Assembly: GCA_964016885.1 (NCBI GenBank)
Contig: OZ024757.1
Span: 27,218,001-27,282,000 of the forward strand
DNA length: 64,000 bases
Direction of reading: 5' to 3'
Source: Eledone cirrhosa
Taxonomy: Eukaryota
Each line of letters starts with the position of its first letter. Positions within the stretch are counted from its first letter, which is position 1. The position numbers were made by a program, and so were the translations under genes. Under the pieces are notes generated by a model. That model did not search any database and was not told the origin of the DNA. It saw only the letters and a list, made by a program, of their open reading frames with translations. This document shows, one piece after another, positions 23,314-35,479 of the stretch.

Positions 23314-23352
<39 letters not shown>

Positions 23353-25074
23353 TGTATATATTTACATATATATATATATGCATACATATCTATACATATA
23401 TATATTTAGTAGAAATAAAAGCTTTCGCTTTTTAGGATGCTAGTGGGCTTTTAAAATCCTCTAAAAATGGAAAAGGATGAGTATATATATATATATATAA
23501 CGGAACAAATATGACCGGGTGATGTGTTGTTTCCTTGAGCAAGACACTTTATTTCACATTGCTCCAGTTTACTCAGCTGTAGAAATGAGATGATAGGGAC
23601 TGGGGTCCATATCATTCCACTGCAAAGTGGTCGTGGAGGTGCCACAGCAAAAAAGCACCCAGCACTCACTGTAAATGAGGTTGGTGTTAGGAAGGGCATC
23701 CAGCTGTAGAAATCAAGCCAGAATCAGTTCCCGTCCTACCCTTGCAAGTAGGGAAAAAGCAGACGTAAAATGAAATGATGATGATGAATGATGATATATA
23801 TATATATATATATACATATATACACACTACACACACACAAGACAACCACTGAATCCTGTCTCATACATTGCTCATATTCAGATGTACGTGACAAAATTAC
23901 AAAAATTGTCAATATTTTTTGATGACTATTTGTTATTTTTTCCTGCTTGTTTTGTTTTATTTTTAGAAAAAATATTTTTAATTTGTAATTTACACAATAA
24001 TAATAATAATTATTGTGTGGATTGGCAGTATCGGTAGAGTGTCGGACAACATACTTTGTGGCACAGAGTTACAGCCTTTGCATTCTGAGTTAAAATCCTG
24101 CTGAAGTCATCTCTGCGTTATCTCTGCTCTATGGGGGTCGATAAATAAAATACCAGTAATGCACTGGGGTCAATTTAATCGATTTCCCCTCCCCAAAATT
24201 GTTGGCCTCGTGTCTAAATCAGAAACCATTATTAATTAATGTTAGAGTGTTGGACAAATTGTTGTATTCCGGTTCATTACATTATCAGTTCAAATACTGT
24301 TCAAGTTAACTTTGCTTTTCATTCCTTTGGGTTGATAAAATATAGTGTACTTGGGGTCAATTTAACCCTTTAGCATTTAAACCAGCTGTATCCGGCCAGA
24401 ATTCTTTCCCCTTTTTGAAACCGGCCATAACCAGCAGCTCAAACCTGCCAAACAAAGATCGGGAGGGTCCTTCAGCTGTATCAAAGTCATGACAACCTCC
24501 TGAGTGCTGGTGCTGTGATAAAATGAACTAGGTAGAGCATGGGAATGTAAATGAGATGCAGGCCCCTGGCTCATCTGTAAGGTCAGCAGCACTGCTTCAA
24601 TACTGATTTGGCCTATGACGACCCATCTTACCTTTGCTAGCAGGTAAAAAGGATGTATGAGGATGATCCGGCCAAATTTACAGTCCCCACAGGAGCAAAG
24701 TGTGACATAGCCAACCCTGGCCAGACTTGCTTCCTGGCATGGAGGACCCATCTAATCCACGCACGCATGGACGAATTGACACTAAACAGAAATGATGATG
24801 ATGATGATATATATATATGTGTGTGTGTGTGTAAAAGGTACATAGAAAAAATAAAACAAACAGTACAGAATATGGAAGGAATATATTAGTTTAATGCTTG
24901 AAATATCAGGAAGAGTGTCTTAACGTTTTGGATGCTAGTCCTTCATCAGAAGAAAGACTGAGAAATTAGAAAGATTGAGTGGTTGGGCAGGGTGGAAATA
25001 AATATATATATATATTAGGTAATTCCGAAGAAAAAGCAAAGGATAAAAGAGTGCTCTATGTATAGAACAGAGCT

Positions 25075-25255
25075 ATTTAATTAGGAAATGAACAACACAA
25101 TATATAATTACTCCATTACCAAAGGTTTCTGGATCCTAGACAATATTAATATATGCCTGGATCGTTCATCAGTCAGAGATGTTATAAATAGAAAATATCC
25201 TGAAACCTTTGGTAATGGAGTAGTTATATATTGTGTTGTTCACTTTCTAACTAAA
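25075..25255 (-). ncRNA. Inverted repeat with hammerhead motif on - strand (25111-25178)
   Basis: Minus: CTGATGA-acGATCC.AGGCA...TGTCT.aGGATCca-GAAA-CCTTTGG-TA^ATGGAG. Arms 25075-25130 and 25201-25255. Confidence 0.65.
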
Positions 25256-25504
25256 TCATCATCATCATCATCACCGTTTTACGTCCGTTCTTCCACGCTA
25301 GCATGGGTTAGATGGGCTGTCCTGTTGTGGGCAGTGTCCAGTCGGCTGACCTTGTCTTGCTCATACGGGAACCGATTGTAGCTTGCTTTCTACAGCTGGA
25401 TGCCCTTCCTAACACCAACGTCATTTACAGTAAGTGGTGGGTGCTTTTTTCCGTGGCACCTCCACGACCACTTTGCAGTGGGAGGGTGTGGTGGCATATT
25501 GTCT

Positions 25505-25550
<46 letters not shown>

Positions 25551-25801
25551 GTGAGGTTTTTTTTACAAAATGAAAAATAACCGAGGTGTCCTACGCGAGT
25601 GAAAGACCAACCAGATGTGAGAAAAACCACAGACCCTCCATCTCAACTCTACTTTTGAAAAGCAGAAGAACTGCGAAACCAAATAACCAAATAAATATAT
25701 ATATTTAAAAAAAAAAAGATACCAGTTGCATTTTCGATTTCATCTTTTTCCCTGATATATATATATATAAGAAATTAAAAGATGGTTAAAAAAGTTCCAT
25801 G

Positions 25802-25872
25802 TATTTTATTATGCGCATTTCAAAAACAAATATCATCCTGGGACGATATTTGCGTTCTCATCAGATAAAATA
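25802..25872 (-). ncRNA. Intact type I hammerhead ribozyme
   Basis: Minus: TATTTTAT-CTGATGA-GAACGCAAATATCGTCCCAGGATGATATTTGTTTTT-GAAA-TGCGCA-TA^ATAAAATA. 8-bp stem I, long stem II, palindromic stem III ATGCGCAT. Confidence 0.88.
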
Positions 25873-26854
25873 GGGAAACATAACATGATGCCTAAAAAAC
25901 ACTTGTGAACAAGGAAGTGTCCAGTTAACATATATCATCATCATCATCTTCGTTTAACGTCCATTTTCCACGCTAGCATGGGTTTGACGGGAGTTGTCCC
26001 ACTTGGGGCAAGGTTGGTCAGGTGACCACATCTCGCTCATATAGGACTATCTGGCAGGTTTTCTACGGCTGGATGCCCTTCCTAACACCAACCACATTTA
26101 CAGTGTGGAACTGGGAACTTTTTACCGTGTTACCTACACGGCCACATTACAGCGTGGACTGTCGTGTTTTTTTCTTGTGACAGCTACACGATTTCGATCT
26201 CGATCTCATTTATCTCATTTATTTATTATATATATATGTTGACGGGACTAGCATGTATTTCACTGCCAGTACCATTTGCATCTCAACGTACTCAATAGGT
26301 AATGTTATGTAAAATCCCAGAGTAGACACATAGTTAGTCACTTCAATACAACACACGTAAATGGGTACCATCAATATATACCCAGTTCATATATTGCACA
26401 CACTAATGCATGTTGTACATAACAACAATATTCATATATTGCACACGCTAATGCATGTATACAACAACAATAAAAACAACACAAGGTACCCAGCCAACAC
26501 CAAACTAGTTAGATATATAGAGAGCTATAGAACTTCATAAAACTTATATTTCAAACAGGAATATTGTTTTTCTTAGACTGAGTGGGGGGTGGGGTGGGGT
26601 AAGACAGTGGAGATGAAGAATGACGGTGATGGGGGGAGGGAGTTGTCTACATGTATATGTGTGTGAATGTGTATGTATGTGTATGTGTGTGTGAGAGAGA
26701 TAGAGAGAGAAGGAAAGGTGGAGAGAGCAGGAGAAGGGGAGAGGAGAGAAAGAGGAGAGAGAGTTAGAGAGAAACAGAGAGAATCAGAGAGAGAGGAGAG
26801 AGAGGGAAGCAGAGAGAGAGAGGGGGGAGAGAGGAGAGAGAGAGAGAGAGAGAA

Positions 26855-26907
<53 letters not shown>

Positions 26908-27189
26908 AACCATTCATATATTTACAGAATCTACAATGTAACATGATCTGTTTATTCAGAAAAGAACCATTTTTCTGAAGGGCAACAGCAACAACAACAA
27001 CGATGTTATTGGTGATGTTCATGTCCATGATGATGATGACAGCCATGATGATGATGAGGTGATGATGATGATGATGATAAGTAATAAAACTCTTAAAACT
27101 GAGGGACTTATGAATGTTATACAAAAGTAATAAAAGTGGAGCAGTGGCCTTATTGCTGTGAATGTATAATGTAATGTAGAAGAGGAAGA

Positions 27190-28320
27190 TTTCTGGGAAG
27201 TGGGGTTGTGGTGGTGGGGGAGTTAGGGTGGGGCAGTGGTAGGGGTGGTGTTGGGGGGGGGGTAGGATGGGGACAACGGGGGGCGGTGTGGTGGTGGTGG
27301 TGGAGGGGGGTTAGGATGGGGCAGTGGTAAGGGTGGTGTTGGGGTGTGGGGGGTAGGATTGGGGGTGTGTGGTGAGGGGGGGGGGGTTGGATGGGGCAGT
27401 GGTGGTGGTGGTGGGGGGAGAGAGTTAGGATGGGGCAGTGGTAGGGGGGGGGGGGTTTAGAGACTAGAGAGGTCTGGGGTGGTGGCAGTGGTGCTAGTGT
27501 TGGTGTAAGGGTGAGACAGTGGGTTGTGAGAAGAGAGAAGTTAGATGGGGGAGGAGGGGGGTACTATCAACTGACAGGAATCAAGCAACATGAGATAGTG
27601 GTGGTTGCAGTATTGGTTGTGGTTGTAGTGGTGGTTGCAGTATTGGTTGTGGTTGTGGTGTTAGTTGCGGTTGTAGTGGTGGTGTTAGTTGTGCTTTTGG
27701 TGGTGGTTGTGGTTTTAGTTGTGGTTGTAGTGGTGGTGTTAATTGTGGTGGTTGTGTTGGTTGTGGTGTTAGTTGTGGTTGTAGTGGTGGTGTTAGTTGT
27801 GCTTTTGGTGGTGGTTGTGGTTTTAGTTGTGGTTGTAGTGGTGGTGTTAATTGTGGTGGTTGTGTTGGTTGTGGTGTTAGTTGTGGTTGTAGTGGTGGTG
27901 TTAGTTGTGCTTTTGGTGGTGGTTGTGGTTTTAGTTGTGGTTGTAGTGGTGGTGTTAATTGTGGTGGTTGTGTTGGTTGTGGTGTTAGTTGTGGTTGTAG
28001 TGGTGGTGTTAGTTGTGCTTTTGGTGGTGGTTGTGGTTTTAGTTGTGGTTGTAGTGGTGGTGTTAGTTATGGTGGCTGTGTTGGTTGTGGTGTTAGTTGT
28101 GGTTGTAGTGGTGGTGTTAGTGGTGGTTGTGGTGTTGGTGGTGGTTGTGGAGGTGGTGCTGGGTTTGGTGTTAGCGTTAGTTGTGGTTGTAGTGGTGTAT
28201 TAGTTGTGGTTGTATGGTGGCGGTGGTGCTGGGTTTGGTGTGGTGGTATATTAGTGGTGGTAGTGTTGGTTGTGGAGTTAGTTGTGGTTGAAGAGGTGGC
28301 AGTGGTAGTTGTGATGATGG
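27190..28320. repeat. G-rich tracts and GT-rich minisatellite with higher-order repeat
   Basis: GGATGGGGCAGTGG units, then a GTTGTGGTTGTAGTGGTGGTGTTA-based block repeated about 4 times. Confidence 0.9.
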
Positions 28321-29019
28321 TGAAGGAGTTTGTGTTGTTGTTGGTTGGATTGTCTTAGTTAAGGGGGTAGAGGCAGAGGAGCAACACTTCCTACCACCCC
28401 TCTCCTACACACACACACACACCACAGAATCTGAGGAAACAGCATGTGATCACCACAATACCACTCAACATCTGTAGCAATGGAGGGAGTCTCTAAGTGA
28501 GCATTTGACATACTAGAAATAACAGCCAAACCTTCCTCAAACCATGCCCTATCATTGAATAATCTAATCTGGTCATAGACAGTCCCTAAAAAGATGAGTT
28601 GATCCTGGTTGGAATGCCTTTAATCACAGGTTTACCCCAAACAAGACTAACCCAGGGTGAAATAACTAACTCCATGCAATGTTGGATTTACCATTGTGCT
28701 TAGGTGTGCTTAAGCACAGGGCTCCGTTGGCCATCTTCCTACCCCAAAAAGTTATGAGGCCGCATTAGGGACCATGTAAGTGGCCTCATAACTTAACTAG
28801 CTTATGGCTTCATTCATCCTAAATCTGGCACCGACTGCACGTCACCCTTATTTTACTTCTATCATTTAAACAATATTGTTTTAACCCGTGTCTTTCCCAG
28901 GTATCTTCTGGTCACACACACTTTCCGATACTCTAGCCAACATACTTGTTGGTAGAAATAATTTACTGGTCAGTTACTGGAAAATTGGAAAAGTTGGACC
29001 ACTCTTCATATCTATATAA

Positions 29020-29260
29020 CCAAATAAAGAGATTATATGTATATACAGAGAGAAAAAGAGCCATATATCGCACAAGAAACCTGGTATATTGTATATATAC
29101 CAAATACATATTCTATAAAAGAATATGTACACAGGTGGAATCATTAGATATTCTTCTATAGAATATATATTTGGTATATATACAATATACAGTGTTTCTT
29201 GTGTGATATATCGCTCTTTCTCTCTATATATATACATATATCTCTTTATTTGGTTATTAT
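29020..29260. repeat. Degenerate long inverted repeat
   Basis: Arms about 29020-29127 and about 29147-29260; contains GAAACCTGGTA. Confidence 0.7.
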
Positions 29261-29380
29261 GGTTCTAGATAAAGTCTATTGAGCTTGCTTATTGCGAAAC
29301 ATAAAATTCTAAACTTATTTGTTATGTTTTGATTCATCATTTGTGTATGTGTGTGTGTGTGTATATATATATGTATATAT

Positions 29381-29572
29381 ATAGGAAAAAGTATGACCCC
29401 GCCGGCAGAGCTCAAGCCGTTTTGACAGTTATTTCTGGACTGAAATAGCCGTCGAAATGGCTTGAGCTCTGCCGTCGGGGTCATACTTTTTCCTATTTCC
29501 CACTCTACTACCCTAAGTATTGAGTACTCTGGTGCGTTATGGTCCATCTGGTTCCTTACCACAATTCCATTG

Positions 29573-29575
<3 letters not shown>
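29381..29575 (+). mobile_element. Fold-back element (hairpin + tail) in (TA)n
   Basis: Inverted repeat 29381-29495 plus shared tail. Confidence 0.85.
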
Positions 29576-29601
<26 letters not shown>

Positions 29602-29603
<2 letters not shown>

Positions 29604-29790
29604 ATAGCTTTCACCATATTTTTGACTAAAGAAATTTTAGCCTGATAATGGTGTTTAGAACCCTCAGATAAATGGAAAAAGATGAGTATTGATGTACATC
29701 AATACTCATCTTTTTCCATTTATCTGAGGGTTCTAAACCCCATTATCAGGCTAAAATGTCTTTAGTAAAAAATACGGTGAAAGCTATTCT
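29602..29790. repeat. About 93-bp-arm palindrome centred on GATGTACATC, adjoining (TA)n
   Basis: ATAGCTTTCACC...GAGTATTGATG|TA|CATCAATACTC...GGTGAAAGCTAT. Related half at 23410-23485. Confidence 0.85.
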
Positions 29791-29975
29791 ATTTTCTAAT
29801 TTCAAACCTGCTCACTGTTTCAAAACATACTTACTCATCATATATATATAAGTTGATAATACAATAGTAAGGTGTTCAGGTATTTAAAGCTGAAATGTGG
29901 ATTATTCTATATCCAGATTAGCGAAAGGTATTTCAGAGGTAAATCCAGTTGATATACTTCCGGTCATTTAAGATT

Positions 29976-30030
<55 letters not shown>

Positions 30031-30567
30031 GGAATATATATCGTTTTTCACAAAAATGCTATAAAAAGTTAAAACCATAGGTGGAGAAGTTAAACACAGC
30101 TCAAAATAGAGTAATTTATCATAATAAGCAAAACAAAAGGCTATGTATCAAACCTTCTGAAAGAATTGTCCAAAAAGGTCTGCATACAAATTCCTATTGT
30201 GCCAAAAATTACAAATATACTAGAAGCAAATTATATATATATAATATTATTAATAATAATAACAATATTGTTATTACTAAGTTGAAACTTTACCAGAAAG
30301 TTGTAAGCGTGATGCAATGGTGGTTCACGTAAAGAATCAATGCATTTTCACTGTATAAAACCATAAAGAATTAATTTTTTTTTCAAATTAGAAAAAAAAT
30401 TTCAATTTAAAAGTCTGTAACTACCTTGGAATGAAGTTCTATTGGCTAAAACATATGTTAGTTTGAAAATGCATTGATTCTTTGGTGCTTTTTTATAAAT
30501 AGTACATATATATATATATATAGTGACGAAACATAAGTCAATTGCATGAACTCATAACCCTTTATTT

Positions 30568-30625
30568 ACTGCTATATATATATTTCGATGATAGCCATTG
30601 AATGGCTATGACCTCATCAGGCAGT
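30568..30625 (-). ncRNA. Intact type I hammerhead ribozyme
   Basis: Minus: ACTGC-CTGATGA-GGTCATAGCCAT-TCA-ATGGCTATCATC-GAAA-TATATATA-TA^GCAGT. Confidence 0.85.
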
Positions 30626-30740
30626 TAGTCAGTTCTTAGATATGCCAGCTCTGTGTTTATGGTGTTGATGGTATCAGAGCCTTGGGACACACATATATAT
30701 ATATATATATAGGAATATATATATATATATATATATATAT

Positions 30741-32390
30741 AGGCCGGACCATCGGGAATAGTTGCTGAGATGCTGAAGGCATCAGGGGACGTAGGCACTA
30801 AACTGGTTGCACGCATAATCAATCAGGCTATATATGGTGGTGTCATACCCAAAGACTGGTGCAGCAGTATTCTCATAAATTGCTACAAAGGTAAAGGGGA
30901 TGCTTTGGAGAGGAGCAATTATAGGGGTATAAAACTGATAGATCAGGTTATGAAAGTGGCAGAAAGGATTTTAGCACAACTAATTAGAGAAAGGGTCAAA
31001 CTAGATGAGATGCAGTTTGGTTTTGTGCCTGGGAAGAGTACAACAGATGCCCTCTTCTTGGTGAGACAAATGCAAGAGAGGTTCTTAGAGAAGAATAAGC
31101 CACTATACTTGGCCTTTGTTGACCTAGAGAAGGCCTTTGATAGGGTACCCCGATCTGTCATCTGGTGGTCCCTAAGGAAGCTGGGTGTTGAGGAATGGCT
31201 TGTAAGGACAGTGCAAACTTTGTACAGAGGTACTCTCAGTAAAGTCAGGGTAGGAATGGAGTTTAGTGAGGAATTCCAGATACAAGTAGGAGTACATCAG
31301 GGTTCGGTCCTCAGCCCGCTCTTGTTCATTATAGTCCTCCAAGCCATAACAGAGGAGTTTAAGACTGGCTGTCCATGGGAACTTCTCTATGCTGACGATC
31401 TGGCTCTTATGGCAGAATCAGTAGAGGAGCTAGAGAATAAATTCCGGCTATGGAAACAGCAGTTGGAAGCAAGAGGACTGAGAGTAAATCTAGCTAAGAC
31501 AAAAGTGTTGATGAGTAGAAAAGAGGACAAAACCCTGATTCCGTCAGGGAAATGGCCATGTTCGATATGCAGAAAAGGAACTGGCATAAATTCTATAAAA
31601 TGCACACAATGTAGGTCCTGGGTACACAAGAGATGTAGCGGGATAGCAGGCAAACTAACAGGTAGGGAGAAATATGTATGCAGTAGATGTACAGGGAAAT
31701 TAGACAGTAGAAGTCGCACTGATAGACACATTTTTCAAATGCGAGAGGGCGCTATAGAAGTGGTGGATAACTTCCGGTACCTAGGAGATCAGATTAGCAT
31801 GGGAGGAGGGTGTTCCGAGGCCATAGTATCTAGAATAAGGACGGGTTGGAAGAAGTTTAGGGAGCTGCTTCCTCTGTTGACGAAGAAGGGTTTCTCCCTG
31901 CGTACGAAAGGCCGGTTGTATGATGCCTGTGTGAGGAGCGCGATGCTGCATGGTAGTGAGACATGGGCAGCTACCGCAGAAGATATGCGACGGCTGGAGA
32001 GAAATGAGGCAAGCATGCTCCGTTGGATGTGCAGTGTAAATGTGCGTGAACGACCCAGCATAAATGTGTTGAGAGAGAAACTGTGTCTGAGAGGGATAGA
32101 ATGTAGTGTACGGGAGAGGAGACTGAGGTGGTATGGACATGTGATGCGCATGGAGGATGACCGATGGGTGAAGAAGTGCCAGGAAATGCCAGTTGAAGGA
32201 AGACGTAGTAGAGGTAGACCACGAAAAACATGGGCGGAGGTGGTGAGAACAGACCTCAGATCATTGAAGCTCACGGTGGAGATGACGAGGGACCGTGACG
32301 AGTGGAGAGATGCTGTGCTGAATAAGACCCGTCCCACCCTTGCAAGCAGGGAAAAGCGGACGTAAAATGATGATGATGATGATGATGATG
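30741..32390 (+). mobile_element. 5'-truncated RTE LINE, subfamily B
   Basis: RT ORF runs to 32365, almost directly into the (GAT)n tail (no long UTR); 5' end in (TA)n. Confidence 0.95.
30743..32365 (+). CDS. RTE-B reverse transcriptase with PHD finger, truncated
   Basis: AGPSGIVAEMLK, YRGIKL, DLEKAFD, QGSVLSP, YADD, CSIC...CTQC...HKRC...CSRC, FRYLG. Confidence 0.9.
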   Translation, partial: AGPSGIVAEMLKASGDVGTKLVARIINQAIYGGVIPKDWCSSILINCYKGKGDALERSNYRGIKLIDQVMKVAERILAQLIRERVKLDEMQFGFVPGKSTTDALFLVRQMQERFLEKNKPLYLAFVDLEKAFDRVPRSVIWWSLRKLGVEEWLVRTVQTLYRGTLSKVRVGMEFSEEFQIQVGVHQGSVLSPLLFIIVLQAITEEFKTGCPWELLYADDLALMAESVEELENKFRLWKQQLEARGLRVNLAKTKVLMSRKEDKTLIPSGKWPCSICRKGTGINSIKCTQCRSWVHKRCSGIAGKLTGREKYVCSRCTGKLDSRSRTDRHIFQMREGAIEVVDNFRYLGDQISMGGGCSEAIVSRIRTGWKKFRELLPLLTKKGFSLRTKGRLYDACVRSAMLHGSETWAATAEDMRRLERNEASMLRWMCSVNVRERPSINVLREKLCLRGIECSVRERRLRWYGHVMRMEDDRWVKKCQEMPVEGRRSRGRPRKTWAEVVRTDLRSLKLTVEMTRDRDEWRDAVLNKTRPTLASREKRT

Positions 32391-34241
32391 ATAGAGAGAG
32401 AGAGAGAGAATTTATTAAATAGATAGAGAAAAACAAAAACTTTCTGTGAAATATTGTTTTATAAAGAGATCTAAGCCATGAAATCCTGTAAAATCTAAAA
32501 TTCAAGCTGGAAAATAGTTTGTTTTGTTTTCAGTCATGTAGTTTCATCTTTTCTGGATTTCTCCATTAACTCTTCAGCATTTAAACCGGCCATATCTGGA
32601 CAGAATTCACCTCTTTCTGTTCAAACCAGCTGTAACTGGCCACTCATACTGATGTTAAGATATTGTTCTCAAAATAAATAATTGTTTCTACTTTTGGCAC
32701 AAGGTCAGCAATTACTCAGTGCATTACTGGTACTTTATTTTATTAACCAGATTCAATATTATGTGAGGTAATTATGTAAGATAAAGTCTTTCCCATGAAA
32801 ATACAATAGTAAATATAGAGTAATGTAAATGCTAAAGGGTTAAATAATTGTGAGTCACATAAGGAAGCAATGTCTGTTGATATAAAGTGATTCGTGTTGA
32901 GCCAGGAAGGATAAGTATTGTGGGCTCAGATGTCACAATATTTCTTACAAATGACATATGTCTATGATTTTCCAAACATTCAAGAATTTAGAAGGATTTA
33001 GTAGAATATAATTTTTAAAAAAATTATTATTAACTCTCAACATCCTGGCTTGTTAATTCAAATGTGAGATAATTATGTGAGGTAGAGCCTTTTCCAAAAA
33101 CATACAATAGCATATGTAGAGTAATGTAAATGCTAAAGGGTTAATGTTGCAGTTGTGGCTGTTGTTCTTTAACCCTAGGTTCAACGCATTGACCAAGCAA
33201 GATCAAAAGACATTCCAGCCATGACGTCAATGTTAATGTTTGTTGTTATGTCTACTACAATGAATACATTAACAGAACCGTCCATTTCCTTCCCATAGAC
33301 AGCAGGGGGAAGGGGTTAGATTGAGGGAGATTTAGCTTCTATTTTTACTAGGACTTGGATCAGCCATAGAAGCAATGACACCACCAGCAGCAGCAGCAAG
33401 GATGTGTCTATGTCTATCTCTGCCTACTTGTACAAGATCATACAGTCTCTCTCTCTCAGCCTCTCTCCCTCTCTCTGAGTCACACACACACTCTCTCTTT
33501 CTCTTAGTCTCTCTCTCTCTCTCGGTCTTAGTCCCAGCCTATCTCTCTCTCTCTCAGCCTCCCTTTCTCTCTCTCTCTCAGACACCCTCTCTGCAGTACT
33601 GACTAGAGAGAGTGCACTCACTGCACTCTCCAGATTACAGATTTTTCAGATAATAAATAAACGACAAAACAAAAAAAGAAAGAAAAGGCAAATGCACAAA
33701 AACAAACCTTGATTATTTGAAATAGCAGGTAATCCAATATAGATATGTGCATGCACATACATGCATACATATATATACACACATACATACATATATACAT
33801 ACTTACATACACATATATATATATATACATACATACACACATATACATATATACACCATCATACATGTATACACATCCATACACATACATACACACATAT
33901 ACACCATCATACATATATACACATACATACACATATATACGCATACATACACACATATATACATACATACACACATATATATATATATATATATATACAT
34001 ACATACACACATATATATACATACATACATACACACATATATATACATACATACACACATATATATATATATGATGAATATGCATATATATATATATATC
34101 AGTGTGTGTGTGTATCATGTTTGCATGTGCACGTGATACAGAAGATATGTGTGGTCTTCAGAAGCCTGTCTGAAGATCATGTTATAGAAAATTAGGTGTG
34201 TGTGTGTATATATATACATACAACATACATCTATACATTTA

Positions 34242-34290
<49 letters not shown>

Positions 34291-35479
34291 CTGAGCAGAC
34301 AGATTTTGTCAATCTCTCTCTCTCTCCTTTTCTCTCTCAGAACACAGTCAAGCTACACTATAATAGACTTGGCTGACTTAATACCGGACTGAAGTGGTGG
34401 GGGTGGGGGCTGATGATGGATGGATGATGGGCAAGCTATATGGAGTTTGGAGTTTGTCCATTAGTTGTCTTGGTAACAAAAGAGCTGTGAACACACAATA
34501 ATAAGCTAGTATCTATCTGGTCAAAGAGATAAACTGCTGTTAGGCTACAAGACATTTTTGCTTGCTTTTATTTATTTTATTCTTGTTTTCTGGGTTGGGA
34601 AGCAGAGTAGTGGAAGATGTCCAAATAGCAGGACTTGACCGATGGCTACTTTTTTGTGCTGGTCACCAATAAGAGCTCTGGTGTCGTCGGTCACCCAATT
34701 ACTGTTTTCTTCTTCAAAATTGAAAGGAGTACATAATACCAGGACTTGACCTATGGCTTCTTTTTTGTGCTGGTCACCATCGAGACCTCTGGTGTCCTCG
34801 GTCACCCAACTATTGTTTTCCTCAGCAAAATTGAAAGGAGTGTATCCAACCTGAGGAAGGAGCTCCACAGGGTGGAGTGGCTGATGCAGTGGTGTCTCTG
34901 GCTGTTCCCAGCAGTATTGTTTCCGATATTATGTCTGCAGGATGCAACTGAGATATACCACCCAGACTGGAGTGTACAGTCAGCCACGACCATCCCACTT
35001 CCCTTTCCTTTACTTATATGATTTTTTCCTTATATTATTTTGTATTCTTGCAAATCTTATATAATTTGATTTAACCCTTTAGCTTTTAAACCGGCCATAT
35101 CCAGCCAGAAATCCATCACCTCTTTTTGTTCAAACCAGCTGTAACTGGCCACTCAACTGATGTAAAGGTATTGTTCTCAAAATAAATAATATACAAATCT
35201 CATAGATATTATATTATGTAAGATAAAGCCTTTACCATGAAAACACAATAGTATATATAGAGTAATGTAAATGCTAAAGGGTTAAGTAATTGTGAGTCAC
35301 ATAAGGAAGCAATGTCTGTTGATATCATAATTTGTATTGAGCCAGGGAGGATAAGGATCATGGTCTCAGATGTCACAATATTTCTTATAAAAGACATTGT
35401 CTATGATTTCCAAATAATCAAGAATTTGGAAGGAATTAGTAGAATAACCATTAAAAAAAAAATATTAACCCTCAACATC

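Noticed and set aside
34100-34200. CTGAAGA inverted pair as hammerheads
   Set aside because: No convincing stem III/NUH/stem I; at most a heavily decayed remnant.
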